Shown here in pieces: positions 1-9,246 of a DNA stretch of 46,532 nt. Positions within the stretch are counted from its first letter, which is position 1, and each line of letters starts with the position of its first letter. The position numbers and the translations under genes are program-made. Under the pieces are notes generated by a model, which was not told the DNA's origin, did not search any database, and worked only from the letters and a program-made list of their open reading frames with translations. The stretch is from a phage, in the sequence record PZ379549.1. One strand, given 5' to 3'.

Positions 1-8
1 GTTGCCAT
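1..8 (-). CDS. 5' end (start codon) of tape measure gene, if window ends are joined
   Basis: Minus-strand ATG at 8..6 preceded by GGAGGA (17..12); in frame with ORF open to nt 46532; in-frame stop upstream at 44..42. Confidence 0.5.
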
Positions 9-99
9 TTTTCCTCCACTAGTAGCTAATAGCACCAAAAGTCAAAAACAATAAATCTCAGTATGTATAATACATTAACACTTCGACTTTGGGGGTAAA

Positions 100-585
100 A
101 TGTTTAAATATTTGTTTGATTATGATGGAATGAAATTGATATGGAAAAACCCAACATCACCTAGATTCACAAAGGGCGACGTTGCGGGAACTAAGCATAA
201 GAGAGGATACATTCAAGTTTGCTTTAATAGGAAGCTATACCTTGCTCATAGGATAATATGGGAGATGCATCATGGCGAGATACCTGAAGGGATGCAGATT
301 GACCATGTAAATCAGGACAAATCAGATAACAGGATTTCAAACCTAAGGCTAGTCACGCAGCAGGAAAACAAAAAGAACAAACCAAAGCAAGTAAGAAACT
401 CTAGCGGAGTTAATGGTGTATCTTGGAATAAATCAAATGGAAAATGGCAGGTAAGGATAGGTGTAGATGGAAAAGATGTTCATCTTGGGTATTTTGATAA
501 CATTTCAGACGCTAAAAAAGCAAGATTCGATGCTGACTTTAGATTTAAATACCATGAAAATCACGGTAACAAAAAGCGCCAGTAG
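100..585 (+). CDS. HNH homing endonuclease with AP2-like DNA-binding domain (free-standing)
   Basis: 161-aa ORF; HNH-type block DHVNQDKSDNRISNLRLVTQQEN followed by AP2-like block GVSWNKSNGKWQVRIGVDGKDVHLGYF; antisense between tail chaperone and tape measure genes; paralog at 28631-29110. Confidence 0.7.
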   Translation: MFKYLFDYDGMKLIWKNPTSPRFTKGDVAGTKHKRGYIQVCFNRKLYLAHRIIWEMHHGEIPEGMQIDHVNQDKSDNRISNLRLVTQQENKKNKPKQVRNSSGVNGVSWNKSNGKWQVRIGVDGKDVHLGYFDNISDAKKARFDADFRFKYHENHGNKKRQ

Positions 586-599
586 GCGCTTTATTTTTT
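576..599 (+). terminator. rho-independent terminator after HNH gene
   Basis: GCGCC-agta-GGCGC stem-loop followed by TTTATTTTTT. Confidence 0.55.
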
Positions 600-713
600 A
601 TCTCTCATCATATCTAAGGGCTTTAGCTTCCAGCACCCTGATATCGTTAAGTACCATTTCGTCTATCATCTGACTTCGTAAACATCAAACAAGAAAATTC
701 AAGGCAGTTGTAA

Positions 714-1007
714 TCAAGACCTGTGGCGCCGCATGTACCAACCCTCCACTGAGTAGACATGGCGCAGTACAAATCCCAACTTTGCATCATATGCCTCATC
801 GAAGTATAACTCTTCAGGCTCCTCACCGTCATAGTCTGATCTTTTCATTCCAATCGCTTCGAGTTCAGCGTCAGTTGGTGGTGATTGGTACTGCAAAAAT
901 ACAGCGCGCCTTAAATTTTTACCCTTTGTCCCGCTAACGCCTTCATGTATGAATCCATTAATGACGGAACTGCGGCAGGGAAAAGGTTCGCGAACTCTTC
1001 TACGTTC
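714..1007 (-). CDS. -1 frame extension of tail assembly chaperone (gpT-like part of a G-T fusion)
   Basis: -1 frame open from 1007 to stop at 714, overlapping the 3' end of the chaperone ORF; acidic C-terminal segment; position between major tail protein and tape measure. Confidence 0.4.
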   Translation of the reverse strand, partial: ERRRVREPFPCRSSVINGFIHEGVSGTKGKNLRRAVFLQYQSPPTDAELEAIGMKRSDYDGEEPEELYFDEAYDAKLGFVLRHVYSVEGWYMRRHRS

Positions 1008-1264
1008 TCATCGTTAAATGGTTCTTCTAAATCCCAATCAGAGCAGATTTCGTTAATCAATTCTTTGGTGCTGAAGTTCTCACGGTTAAGAATCTCCTGC
1101 AACTCAGATGATTTCTTGTGCTTAACTGTTAGCACTACTTCTGCATCATCGCCATTAGCTAACTGGAACTTAACTGGAAGTTTAAAGTCAGGCAGCGCCT
1201 TAAGTGAAAGTTTAAATTTTGCCATCTCGTTATCTCCTTTGTTTGTGTTTGTTGATTGTAGCAT
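911..1264 (-). CDS. tail assembly chaperone (lambda gpG-like)
   Basis: 117-aa acidic ORF directly downstream of major tail protein and upstream of tape measure, with overlapping -1 frame ORF. Confidence 0.55.
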   Translation of the reverse strand: MLQSTNTNKGDNEMAKFKLSLKALPDFKLPVKFQLANGDDAEVVLTVKHKKSSELQEILNRENFSTKELINEICSDWDLEEPFNDENVEEFANLFPAAVPSLMDSYMKALAGQRVKI

Positions 1265-1272
1265 AAAGTGCT

Positions 1273-1300
1273 ATCAATAAAAAACCCTCCGAAGAGGGTT
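1273..1300 (-). terminator. rho-independent terminator after major tail protein gene
   Basis: Minus-strand RNA AACCCUC-UUCG-GAGGGUU followed by UUUUAUUGAU. Confidence 0.7.
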
Positions 1301-1304
1301 AATT

Positions 1305-1964
1305 TTATACCAGTTCAGAAGCTACAGAACTCAGCCTACCACGGATAGATACTGCGATGGATACCGTTTCGATTTCGTTGACACCAATGCTAGGGGTGTC
1401 GTTGAAAGCGATAGTGCCAGACTGAAGGCGCATCTCACTAGCGCGAGGTACGAACAGACGAATAGCAACAACAGTACCAGCTTCGTCATAGTTACGCAGA
1501 ATCGGATATACCGGGTTGGTGTATTCGTGCGCAAACGTGTAGGTGTTGGTTACCGCAGACTTATAAGTTGGAATCTGCTGCTCACGATCATCAGATAAAC
1601 ACTGGAAGTTAACGAACTGCTGTTCGCCGCCATCAGTGGATACGTCCTGAACACAAGGAACTTCAAACCAAGTAAGAATCTTAACAACTTCACCAGTTAA
1701 GCCAGCTGGGAACTTAGTGGTGTTGGAGGTATCAATACCTTCAACAGTTACGGTTGAACCAGATACCTCGGTAACGCGAACTTGCTTATCAGCCAGCAGG
1801 GTCGAAGCTGAGCTGGTAAATAGCAGGTAATCACCGCGTGCAATATCAGCAACGCTGGACAAAGTTAAAACAGGAGTAACAGCATTGGAAATTGCAGTTA
1901 CGTCGATAGCAGCTCCGCGAGAGCCTTCTACGAACACCTGGGTGCCGTTTGATAAGTGAGCCAT
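1305..1964 (-). CDS. major tail (tube) protein
   Basis: 219-aa ORF with AAGGA RBS; immediately upstream of G/GT chaperones and followed by strong terminator. Confidence 0.6.
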   Translation of the reverse strand: MAHLSNGTQVFVEGSRGAAIDVTAISNAVTPVLTLSSVADIARGDYLLFTSSASTLLADKQVRVTEVSGSTVTVEGIDTSNTTKFPAGLTGEVVKILTWFEVPCVQDVSTDGGEQQFVNFQCLSDDREQQIPTYKSAVTNTYTFAHEYTNPVYPILRNYDEAGTVVAIRLFVPRASEMRLQSGTIAFNDTPSIGVNEIETVSIAVSIRGRLSSVASELV

Positions 1965-1979
1965 GTATTTTTCCTTTTG

Positions 1980-2381
1980 TTAGTCTAGACGAACATAAAA
2001 ACGAACCGGGATAAACCACCCAGACTTGGATTTGATAACGGGGTTAACAACTCCAGACTCATAAATGGTCCCGCTGTCAAGCATTGTACCATCAACGATA
2101 GATTCTGCCAATTTATTAGCGATTTGTCTGGGCCTGTCAATTCCAGTACCAGGACTGAAGAATACTGAAATTTGAACCATGCCTACGTAGTATTTGCACT
2201 TCCTGCTTAATCCGTAGGTTACGGTGTCAACCTCTGTATAGTCGTACTTAAGCCAGATTGATCCATCGGCAGGAGGAGTAAACTTACAGTTCTCCCAAGC
2301 GACTGGATATCTGACCGGAAATTCATTTACCAACAAATCGTTGACGAATTTCCTTGCTGCTAATGATAATTCATATTGCAC
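1980..2381 (-). CDS. putative tail terminator / neck protein
   Basis: 133-aa ORF between neck block and major tail protein; function inferred from position only. Confidence 0.35.
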   Translation of the reverse strand: MQYELSLAARKFVNDLLVNEFPVRYPVAWENCKFTPPADGSIWLKYDYTEVDTVTYGLSRKCKYYVGMVQISVFFSPGTGIDRPRQIANKLAESIVDGTMLDSGTIYESGVVNPVIKSKSGWFIPVRFYVRLD

Positions 2382-3927
2382 GACGTAGCCTCCTCTACAG
2401 CTTCCTGGAAATACCTGCCCAACCTTGCTTGCACCACGCCAAGAACGCCAGCCGGAGCCTGATTCGAAGCCCCATACTCAAGGTCAGCAGGCGTAATCAA
2501 GCCTGTTAGTTATGTAGATAACACTTTGTCGCTGGTGAATTAGCCACAGCTCGAGCTTGCCTTGCCAGATACCTTTTTGTATGCTCCACCTGTTTTGATC
2601 GTAATCATTCAGAGACTGAGCTGAGCTGGGGAGTTCGCTGTAATCTGCCAGTTAGCCTTAAACCTACCAGTATCAACAGGCGATAAATCCACGATGGCGT
2701 TAGCAGCCTTAATTACCGTGTCGGCAGACAACAATATCAGAGAAGTTATCATCAGCTCTATCAATCCAATCAGCAATAGCTATTCGTCAAAGGTAGCCAA
2801 CACCACCAATATTTCTAGCCATAGGTAGCCACCCTCCTTAGAATTGGTCTGTAAGCCAACTACTAGTTCCTGTTGGTTTGACTGGCCTCGGGTCGACTAC
2901 AGTGTAAGTTTCATCTTCAACTATAATCCTGATAGCCCTGCAAGATTGCGGACTTCAGACAGTGAAAATTCCACGCTTGTCACCAAACTGGATATATTCG
3001 CCATCAATATCTCTGCGTTTTAATCTCCCTCACCAAGCCCCTTGATTGAAATGCAGTTGCCGCCAGCTACAGGAACCTCAACGCCGTCAACGATTTCGAC
3101 ACCATCCTTTACCAGTATTCATCTCGTGAATGTACCATCTGCCATCACTAAAGATAGTTGATGCCCGTGCGCATTAATTGATTCTACTTGGGAGTAATTC
3201 ATTGGCAACCGCACTCACCGCCAGCAGCGGACGTAATCAAGCCAAATCCGCCGCCTTTCTTGCGCAGGAGATTCCTAGTAAAGTGCGGCCCCACGGCGTA
3301 GCTGATCAATGATGACCTTGAGTTTGCGAGGTGGATATCATAAGCTGATAGAAAATTCACCGCTCAGCGGAGTAACTTGCCACCTTCTATGGCCATATAT
3401 CATCCAGCGACTTCATTCTCGCCCTTAAGCGCGCCATCAAGAAAGGCATCATGTGCAGATGTGTATAGTCCGACAGCGCTTTATAAGCATCATGCACCAA
3501 ACTTACTGGTCGCAGATGTATAGACTTAGCTAACTCAAGCCATACGTCCAGCGATTCGTCATCTGGAATATTCTTAAGAGCAGGAACCAGCGACTTGCAT
3601 AAAGGCTAATGCTTGTATCGTTCATAAAACCTCCATACAATAAACGGACGCCGAAGCGCCCTGTTTGGTTATTTGTACTCGTTGACCAGTCTCAGCCTCG
3701 GCAGATGGTTTTCGGTTCTTTGCGCTTATATTCTTGCTAACAACTTCTTGCGACGATTTGTTTGGTTGCCTTGGTGTCACCCTCAACCTGGTGAGTTGAC
3801 CCTCTGCGATTAAACGCTTGAGCCCAGTCGCAAATTACCTCAACCTCGAATGAGTGTCACCAGGCAAATATTTCTCACCTTTGTAAACGATAATCGTGCA
3901 CGCTCCAGTGTGTTCTAAACGAATCAT
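2382..3927 (-). pseudogene. frame-disrupted block of head-tail connector/neck genes (at least 4 genes)
   Basis: No ORF >=60 aa on either strand over about 1.5 kb; good RBS+ATG starts at 3927 (AAGGAG) and 3625 (GGAGG, ATGA overlap with upstream stop) each run into stops within 15-30 codons while adjacent frames continue protein-like sequence. Confidence 0.45.
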
Positions 3928-3993
3928 TTATTGCTCTCCTTTTATTAATTGATGGTTGATTATAACCCAACAAATCCATTTAGGTACAGACGT

Positions 3994-4016
3994 AAAAAAG
4001 CCCTCCATAAGAGGGC
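3994..4016 (-). terminator. rho-independent terminator after major capsid gene
   Basis: Minus-strand RNA GCCCUC-UUAUG-GAGGGC followed by UUUUUU. Confidence 0.65.
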
Positions 4017-4098
4017 GATTTATTACGCGAAGGTGATGCCTTTGATTACAGCCATACAGTCAGCGGGCGATAAACAATCAATCCCGTCGCTTTTGAGG

Positions 4099-4977
4099 TT
4101 ACCGGGTAGCGTGAAATGCAGGTCCTTCGGCTGAGCCAGGTAGCACGTTCGTCACTTCTGGAATCTCAATACTCAGGTTGAGCGGATCCTTTTCAAACGC
4201 CAGTGCAGCTTTGCCACCAGCACCGTCGTAGTTATCCAGGAATTGCAGATAACGCAGAGTGATGCCGGAGTTATTGGTTGCAAACAACTGCGCGTAGCTG
4301 ATAGAGGTGTTCGGCACCAGTTCTTGCATCAGGCGGCGAGCGGAAGCAGGCAGCAGGATATCAGTCGCGGTGTGAGCACCATTGGTAGCTGTTTCGATAG
4401 CATCGATAAGCGCTGTGATATCAGTCATAGCAGCAGCCGCGGAGTTCCACGTACCAGCAACAACCTGGTTAACGTTCGGACGCATTGAATACGCCAGGAA
4501 TGCCGTGCGGTGCAGAGCCAGACCATACCAGTTTATCGAGCAGGTTGTCATGCGCTTCAAAAGCCAATGCCTGTTTACGAGCTGACAGTGACTGACCAGT
4601 TGCTGCGCCAGCTTTGATTTCGTCGGTGGAAATCAGGAACGCGTTACCAAAACGGAAAACTTTGCCTTGCTTCTCGGTCATGAACGCATCAACCAGCGGC
4701 AAGGTCATCAGAGTAATCAGCGATAATCTGAGCAATTACCAACACCATCAAACTCTGGATATTCGAAATACTTCGCGTGAGCCAGGAATTTCATTAGTTA
4801 CCGGGAAGATATTAACAACTGAGTTTTCTGCGATATTCTTTTTCGTAAGCGCGATGTCAGAGCTAGCGGTCAAGCTGGCTTAACGGTCCAGATACCAGCA
4901 GCATCAGCTTTATCTACACCCATTTGCTCAAGGTGAGCGGTGATTTTTGCTTGTTCTGCATCAAATTTAATGGCCAT
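4099..4977 (-). pseudogene. major capsid protein gene, interrupted by at least 3 frame changes
   Basis: ATG at 4977 (MAIKFDAEQAKITAHLEQMGVDKADAAGIWTVKPA then stop); capsid-like segments continue in other frames (ORFs 4469-4735 and 4099-4560); position between decoration gene and neck block. Confidence 0.55.
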
Positions 4978-5085
4978 TCTTGTTTATTCCTTTTCAGTTA
5001 GGTATGTACGAGTCAATTATACACGACTTTGTGGTTGTTACAATAGCATCATACATGAGGCTTAAATCTGGATGGCAAAATACAC

Positions 5086-5108
5086 AAAAAAAAACCTCCC
5101 GAAGGAGG
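5086..5108 (-). terminator. rho-independent terminator after decoration gene
   Basis: Minus-strand RNA CCUCC-UUCG-GGAGG followed by UUUUUUUUU. Confidence 0.7.
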
Positions 5109-5129
5109 CTTGTTTAATTAATGATAATC

Positions 5130-5627
5130 TTACTTCTGCTTAACCTGAACTTCTACCAGAGGACCATCAACGCTATCACCTTGAGTTGGCATTGCGCCAT
5201 CTGCGGTTGCTGCGGGAATGAATCCGCCAGCGAATGTCCAGCCAGTTGCCACTCCGCCAGCTGCTGCGTCTGCAACAACTACGCCAGTTGAATCCACCAA
5301 AACGGCAATACCGAAGTTTGGCGCTACTGTAAGGTTAGTGCGCATCCAGATTCGGCCAGCGGTCATTACGTTAACAGCCTCTTTCACTTTAGCGGTGCCA
5401 CCTGGAGTCTCGTAGTGAGAACGAACAACTACGCCATAAGCCGCGTTTGCAGCAATACCAGTTGCAACAACGGATTTGTGACCATCAACTAACGGTTCTA
5501 GCGTAGATACTCTAACAGCTACACCAACCGGAATTGCATCGCTGCCGCCAACCACGCAAGCTCCGTCGATGTTATACAGAGAAGTATCAGCCACCATACC
5601 TGCCAGTGCTACAGAACGAATTGCCAT
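5130..5627 (-). CDS. putative head decoration / cement protein
   Basis: 165-aa Gly/Ala/Val-rich ORF between scaffold/protease and major capsid genes, flanked by terminator. Confidence 0.45.
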   Translation of the reverse strand: MAIRSVALAGMVADTSLYNIDGACVVGGSDAIPVGVAVRVSTLEPLVDGHKSVVATGIAANAAYGVVVRSHYETPGGTAKVKEAVNVMTAGRIWMRTNLTVAPNFGIAVLVDSTGVVVADAAAGGVATGWTFAGGFIPAATADGAMPTQGDSVDGPLVEVQVKQK

Positions 5628-5674
5628 GTATCTATCTCCTTACTTTTTAATTTTTGCTAAACGAGCGCGCGGGT

Positions 5675-6748
5675 CTAATTTCTTAGGCTGCGTCGGCAGC
5701 TATCAGATTTGTCGGAAGCTGCGGTTGCCTTGCGAACTTCAGCCATTTTATCAGAATCTTTGGCAATGTCGAACGCTGCATCGATGTATGCGTCGGACTT
5801 CTCGGAAACATCAAGGCCGGAAACTTCTTTAACGTATAATACCTTAATGCCTTTAGCATCCAGGCCATCAGTCTTAACACCAGCTTCAGTGGCTACAGTA
5901 ACCAGAGCGGCAAGTGCTTCAGCGTCAGCTTTGGCAGCTTTGACTGCTTTCTCGATTTCAGCGGGCATTGCGTCTACTTTGGCTTTCAGTGCGTCACGCT
6001 CAGCTTCGATGGAATCAACCTTAGCTTTCTGTGCTTCAACAGCGGAGTTAATTTTGGAGATGTGGTCTGCAACCTCTTTAGACACCTCAACTTCAACAGA
6101 GTCAATCTTAATCTTAACTGTCATTTTGTTTTCCTTAGTATTTAAATCAACGTTGTCAGTATACGGGTTTTCTTGCTGCCCGTCCATATTTAGCTTAGCA
6201 ATTCCAGCCCTACCCCTGAAGACCATAGCTAAATGGTTTACCTTAATGTCTCTCTGGATTGCGTCGAACTCTTGCCAGTCAGGGGGTATATCCAAACCCT
6301 GCGTGTTGTCAGTCCTAAGAATGTACTTACCAGTTGCCGGGTCGCCCCAACCTGGAGTTTCATCAAGAACTGCCGAGTAACCTACAGATAATTCCTTAGC
6401 GTTACCTGAGCGAGCCTCGTCAATAGCTTCTTGAGAGTATACGACAATTGGCGCAATTACCGTACTTCCTAGAGCCTCAGCTTTACCAGTTACCGAGCCG
6501 ACCACTACGTCTTTAGCGTTATCGGAGTTTACAAAGACGTGGTCAAGAGTCATTGGCTTACCCTGGTAACTGGCTAGCGACTCCTCTTTGAAGACTTCTT
6601 CTGCTGGCCTGAACTCTCGAACAGTCGAACCATCCTCTGTGAAATAAACCTGCACACCAACCCTTGCTACTACTGGCGTATCGACGAGAAAACCATTCTC
6701 GTCAATGGTGGCTTTGAATGTTGCTGTATCAAAGCGATTCTTATACAT
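5675..6748 (-). CDS. putative prohead protease / scaffold protein
   Basis: N-terminal globular part plus C-terminal coiled-coil (KAKVDSIEAERDALKAKVDAMPAEIEKAVKAAKADAEALAAL); ATG 6748 with GAGGAG RBS preferred over GTG 6763. Confidence 0.45.
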   Translation of the reverse strand: MYKNRFDTATFKATIDENGFLVDTPVVARVGVQVYFTEDGSTVREFRPAEEVFKEESLASYQGKPMTLDHVFVNSDNAKDVVVGSVTGKAEALGSTVIAPIVVYSQEAIDEARSGNAKELSVGYSAVLDETPGWGDPATGKYILRTDNTQGLDIPPDWQEFDAIQRDIKVNHLAMVFRGRAGIAKLNMDGQQENPYTDNVDLNTKENKMTVKIKIDSVEVEVSKEVADHISKINSAVEAQKAKVDSIEAERDALKAKVDAMPAEIEKAVKAAKADAEALAALVTVATEAGVKTDGLDAKGIKVLYVKEVSGLDVSEKSDAYIDAAFDIAKDSDKMAEVRKATAASDKSDSCRRSLRN

Positions 6749-6796
6749 CCCAATTCTCCTCACTAAAATCCATCGAATTCATCTTTCATCCTCATG

Positions 6797-7525
6797 TTAT
6801 GACTCCCAATCCGGCACAGCCCAACAACGACAGCCGTATTCCTGACCAGGGAAGAGATCGTTACCGCCCAACCTGAAGCTTAGGCCCTCTTTCTTGAAAT
6901 GGGTCATTCGCTCCCTTTCATCAAGCATGCCGTGCCAAATGTAATGTGTAACACCAGCATCCTCTAGCCTCCTGCGCATGAACGTAGAGTTAATACTGGA
7001 CGTGATGCCTGAGGCTATATTAGCAGTTCTCTTGCGGTAAATCTTGTACCTTTCGTTAATCTTAAGGTAGTCACCACTCTGTATGATTGATGCAGACTGA
7101 ATAAAGTCGTCCTTGATATTGTTGAGTAACTTTTCAACGGACTTATTTGATGTGTAAAGCCACTGGTTTAAATCCGGCTGATACCAATCTTCATCTCCAT
7201 TTATACCGTTAAGTCTCAAGTCCATAACTGACTGGACCGAGCCGCCACCAGTCTTGATTGCCAGCACAAGAAACTGCGATGAATTATACCTGTATATTGA
7301 CGCTCCAATTGCCGGAAGTGTAGCTACAACAGAAGCTATAAGCGCTGCTATGATTGCGTCGAGATAATTATCTTCCTGCTCTAGCTCCTCGGCAGTGTCA
7401 ATCTTAAGCCGCGTAGCTGATTCTTTCATTGCAGATATTAGCTCAGTTACCGCAACGCTAAGGTTGCGGTTTACCTGATTCTCAATTGTCTGCGGGTACT
7501 TCCAGCGGGTCTTCACTGGTTTCAT
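6797..7525 (-). CDS. head morphogenesis protein (SPP1 gp7 / Mu F-like)
   Basis: C-terminal signature WHGMLDERERMTHFKKEG ... PGQEYGCRCW; follows portal. Confidence 0.65.
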   Translation of the reverse strand: MKPVKTRWKYPQTIENQVNRNLSVAVTELISAMKESATRLKIDTAEELEQEDNYLDAIIAALIASVVATLPAIGASIYRYNSSQFLVLAIKTGGGSVQSVMDLRLNGINGDEDWYQPDLNQWLYTSNKSVEKLLNNIKDDFIQSASIIQSGDYLKINERYKIYRKRTANIASGITSSINSTFMRRRLEDAGVTHYIWHGMLDERERMTHFKKEGLSFRLGGNDLFPGQEYGCRCWAVPDWES

Positions 7526-8759
7526 TGATTGTTACCTCTGTCTCAATTGAACCTTCACCAATCTTAACCTCAGGGGCTAATGCGCGCAAGGTATCTCGTG
7601 CTTCGTCTGCATCCATCACGCCGTTAGTGATAAGAGCAGTAATTGAATCAACGTTATTCTTCAGTACTTCAGCGCGGTCTTTCTTCGATTCCTGAGCTAG
7701 AGGGTTAAACTCAACTGACCATTCTTGCTCGGTTGTGACGAACGGGATTAAGAACCCAAGAACTGGAAGTAGCTCTTCGTTACGCTTGCGGTCAATCAAC
7801 TTATGGAATGTCTCTAGCGCTGTGTTTTGGCTAGATGATAACCCGCCAACGTTACGACCTTTGAGAATGATTTCATGGATACCGCTCAGAGCAACAATTC
7901 TGTCGAACTTCTTATCGAGGAATCCATCAATCCCACCAATATCCGAGTTAAGAACGCTGTACTCTTCAGCTTCAGCGTCGATACCAATCGCGCGACCAAC
8001 GCCAGAGTTATCATCAACCTGGGCAAGCCTCAACCTGGCCGCACCAAAACCTTCCGCGTCGTCACACAGTTCAGCAAGGCCTTTAGCCTTCCACACCGCC
8101 TGCTGCTTGCGGCGCAATAACTGAGTTGCCAGTTTCTCACACGTCTGATAATCCTTGATTGATTCAAGCAGGTCAGGAACCAGAACGCTAGCACCCCACC
8201 CGTCATTACCGCGACGCAATGAACTAGGAATCTTCTCGCCATCCATAATGTGAACTCGCGAGTAGTGCACATCATAAAACATGGCGCCACCTTCTGGCGT
8301 GATGCGGTACGTTAATGGCTTACCGAATCGCACATTGCGAGGGTTTTCCTCCTTAGTCTGAACTCTTACCTGGCTACGCTCATAAACGCGAAGTGATTCA
8401 AGTTCCGCGCCTTCACGTACCGGGCTAGTTAGCGCACGATTGTCCTTAGCGATAGCCACAATTGCAGAGCCGCCAAATAACCTCGCCCATGACCATGCGT
8501 CAGAGATTGACTCGTTAACCTTCAGGTAATCCCACCTGGACCAGAATTCACCTTCGTCATCAATACCATCGATATGGAAACCTGCGGCGATTGCTGTCTC
8601 CGGTATGGTGTCGACGATGCGGCGTACAATTGAGTTTGATGCGTACAGTGAATCAGCGAAAGGAGGTGTAAGATACGTGTTGCCAAAGTGCCCGTAAATC
8701 TCGCTACCATCACTGGAGCCACCAAGAAATTGCGTGGCGTATGAATCTGCTTTTACCAT
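7482..8759 (-). CDS. portal protein
   Basis: 425-434 aa ORF between terminase side and head morphogenesis gene; ATG 8759 with GGAG RBS preferred, since track start 8786 lies inside terminator stem. Confidence 0.8.
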   Translation of the reverse strand: MVKADSYATQFLGGSSDGSEIYGHFGNTYLTPPFADSLYASNSIVRRIVDTIPETAIAAGFHIDGIDDEGEFWSRWDYLKVNESISDAWSWARLFGGSAIVAIAKDNRALTSPVREGAELESLRVYERSQVRVQTKEENPRNVRFGKPLTYRITPEGGAMFYDVHYSRVHIMDGEKIPSSLRRGNDGWGASVLVPDLLESIKDYQTCEKLATQLLRRKQQAVWKAKGLAELCDDAEGFGAARLRLAQVDDNSGVGRAIGIDAEAEEYSVLNSDIGGIDGFLDKKFDRIVALSGIHEIILKGRNVGGLSSSQNTALETFHKLIDRKRNEELLPVLGFLIPFVTTEQEWSVEFNPLAQESKKDRAEVLKNNVDSITALITNGVMDADEARDTLRALAPEVKIGEGSIETEVTINETSEDPLEVPADN

Positions 8760-8772
8760 TTTATTTGCTCCA

Positions 8773-8795
8773 ATAAAAAGCCCCATTTAGGGGCT
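8773..8795 (-). terminator. rho-independent terminator between moron and portal
   Basis: Minus-strand RNA GCCCC-UAAAU-GGGGC followed by UUUUUAUUG. Confidence 0.65.
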
Positions 8796-8817
8796 TAGTT
8801 TAGCATAGCTTTTATGG

Positions 8818-9171
8818 TTACTCGAATTTTACTTCGAACTTGATTGATGATGTTTTCACTCCATTAAGTGTTAACTGGCGAACCTCCCTTCTGACTTCAT
8901 AAAATGCCTCTTTAGTTACTATGTCTTTGTTGATGAAGTATTTAATCCCAGCCTTTTCAACTTTAAAATTATCACCTTTAACGACAAAATCGGTAGGCTC
9001 TATAACTTCGAAATCATAAACACTAAGATTAATTACGCCCACATAGCCTTTATCATCCTTAACTTTGACGTATTCATTATTACTTTCAGACGTTCTTGAT
9101 AAGTCATAAATCTTACCAACGGTAAATTCAAAATAACCATATTTTTTATACCCTTTAAATACTGCTTTCAT
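8818..9171 (-). CDS. hypothetical protein (AT-rich moron)
   Basis: 117-aa Lys/Tyr/Phe-rich ORF with visibly lower GC than flanks; own box-promoter unit upstream and terminator downstream. Confidence 0.5.
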   Translation of the reverse strand: MKAVFKGYKKYGYFEFTVGKIYDLSRTSESNNEYVKVKDDKGYVGVINLSVYDFEVIEPTDFVVKGDNFKVEKAGIKYFINKDIVTKEAFYEVRREVRQLTLNGVKTSSIKFEVKFE

Positions 9172-9246
9172 TTTTTACTCCTCTCGTTTGCGTGAAGTAA
9201 CTATAAGCCATCCTTGGCGGCACGTCTTTAGCAAAACGTGCTATTT
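9172..9246 (-). promoter_or_regulatory. box-hairpin-(-10)-leader unit upstream of moron
   Basis: Box at 9226-9246 overlapping TerL stop (TAG), hairpin GCCAAGGATGGC, TATAGT, CACGCAAACGAGAGGAG, ATG 9171. Confidence 0.4.

Noticed and set aside
2382-4977. Alternative genetic code or programmed recoding to explain the broken frames
   Set aside because: Breaks are frame changes rather than in-frame stops of one type, occur about every 100-200 nt, and the rest of the genome translates normally in the standard code
6761-6763. Track start (GTG) for the protease/scaffold gene
   Set aside because: Downstream ATG 6748 has a GAGGAG Shine-Dalgarno at ideal spacing
945-8124. Plus-strand ORFs antisense to the structural genes (945-1280, 4243-4488, 5709-6380, 7735-8124 and similar)
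   Set aside because: Each lies inside a longer, better-supported minus-strand gene, has Ser/Ala/Leu-rich composition typical of antisense frames, and has no RBS
8784-8786. Portal start at 8786 as given by the ORF track
   Set aside because: That ATG lies inside the terminator stem with no RBS; ATG 8759 has a GGAG RBS
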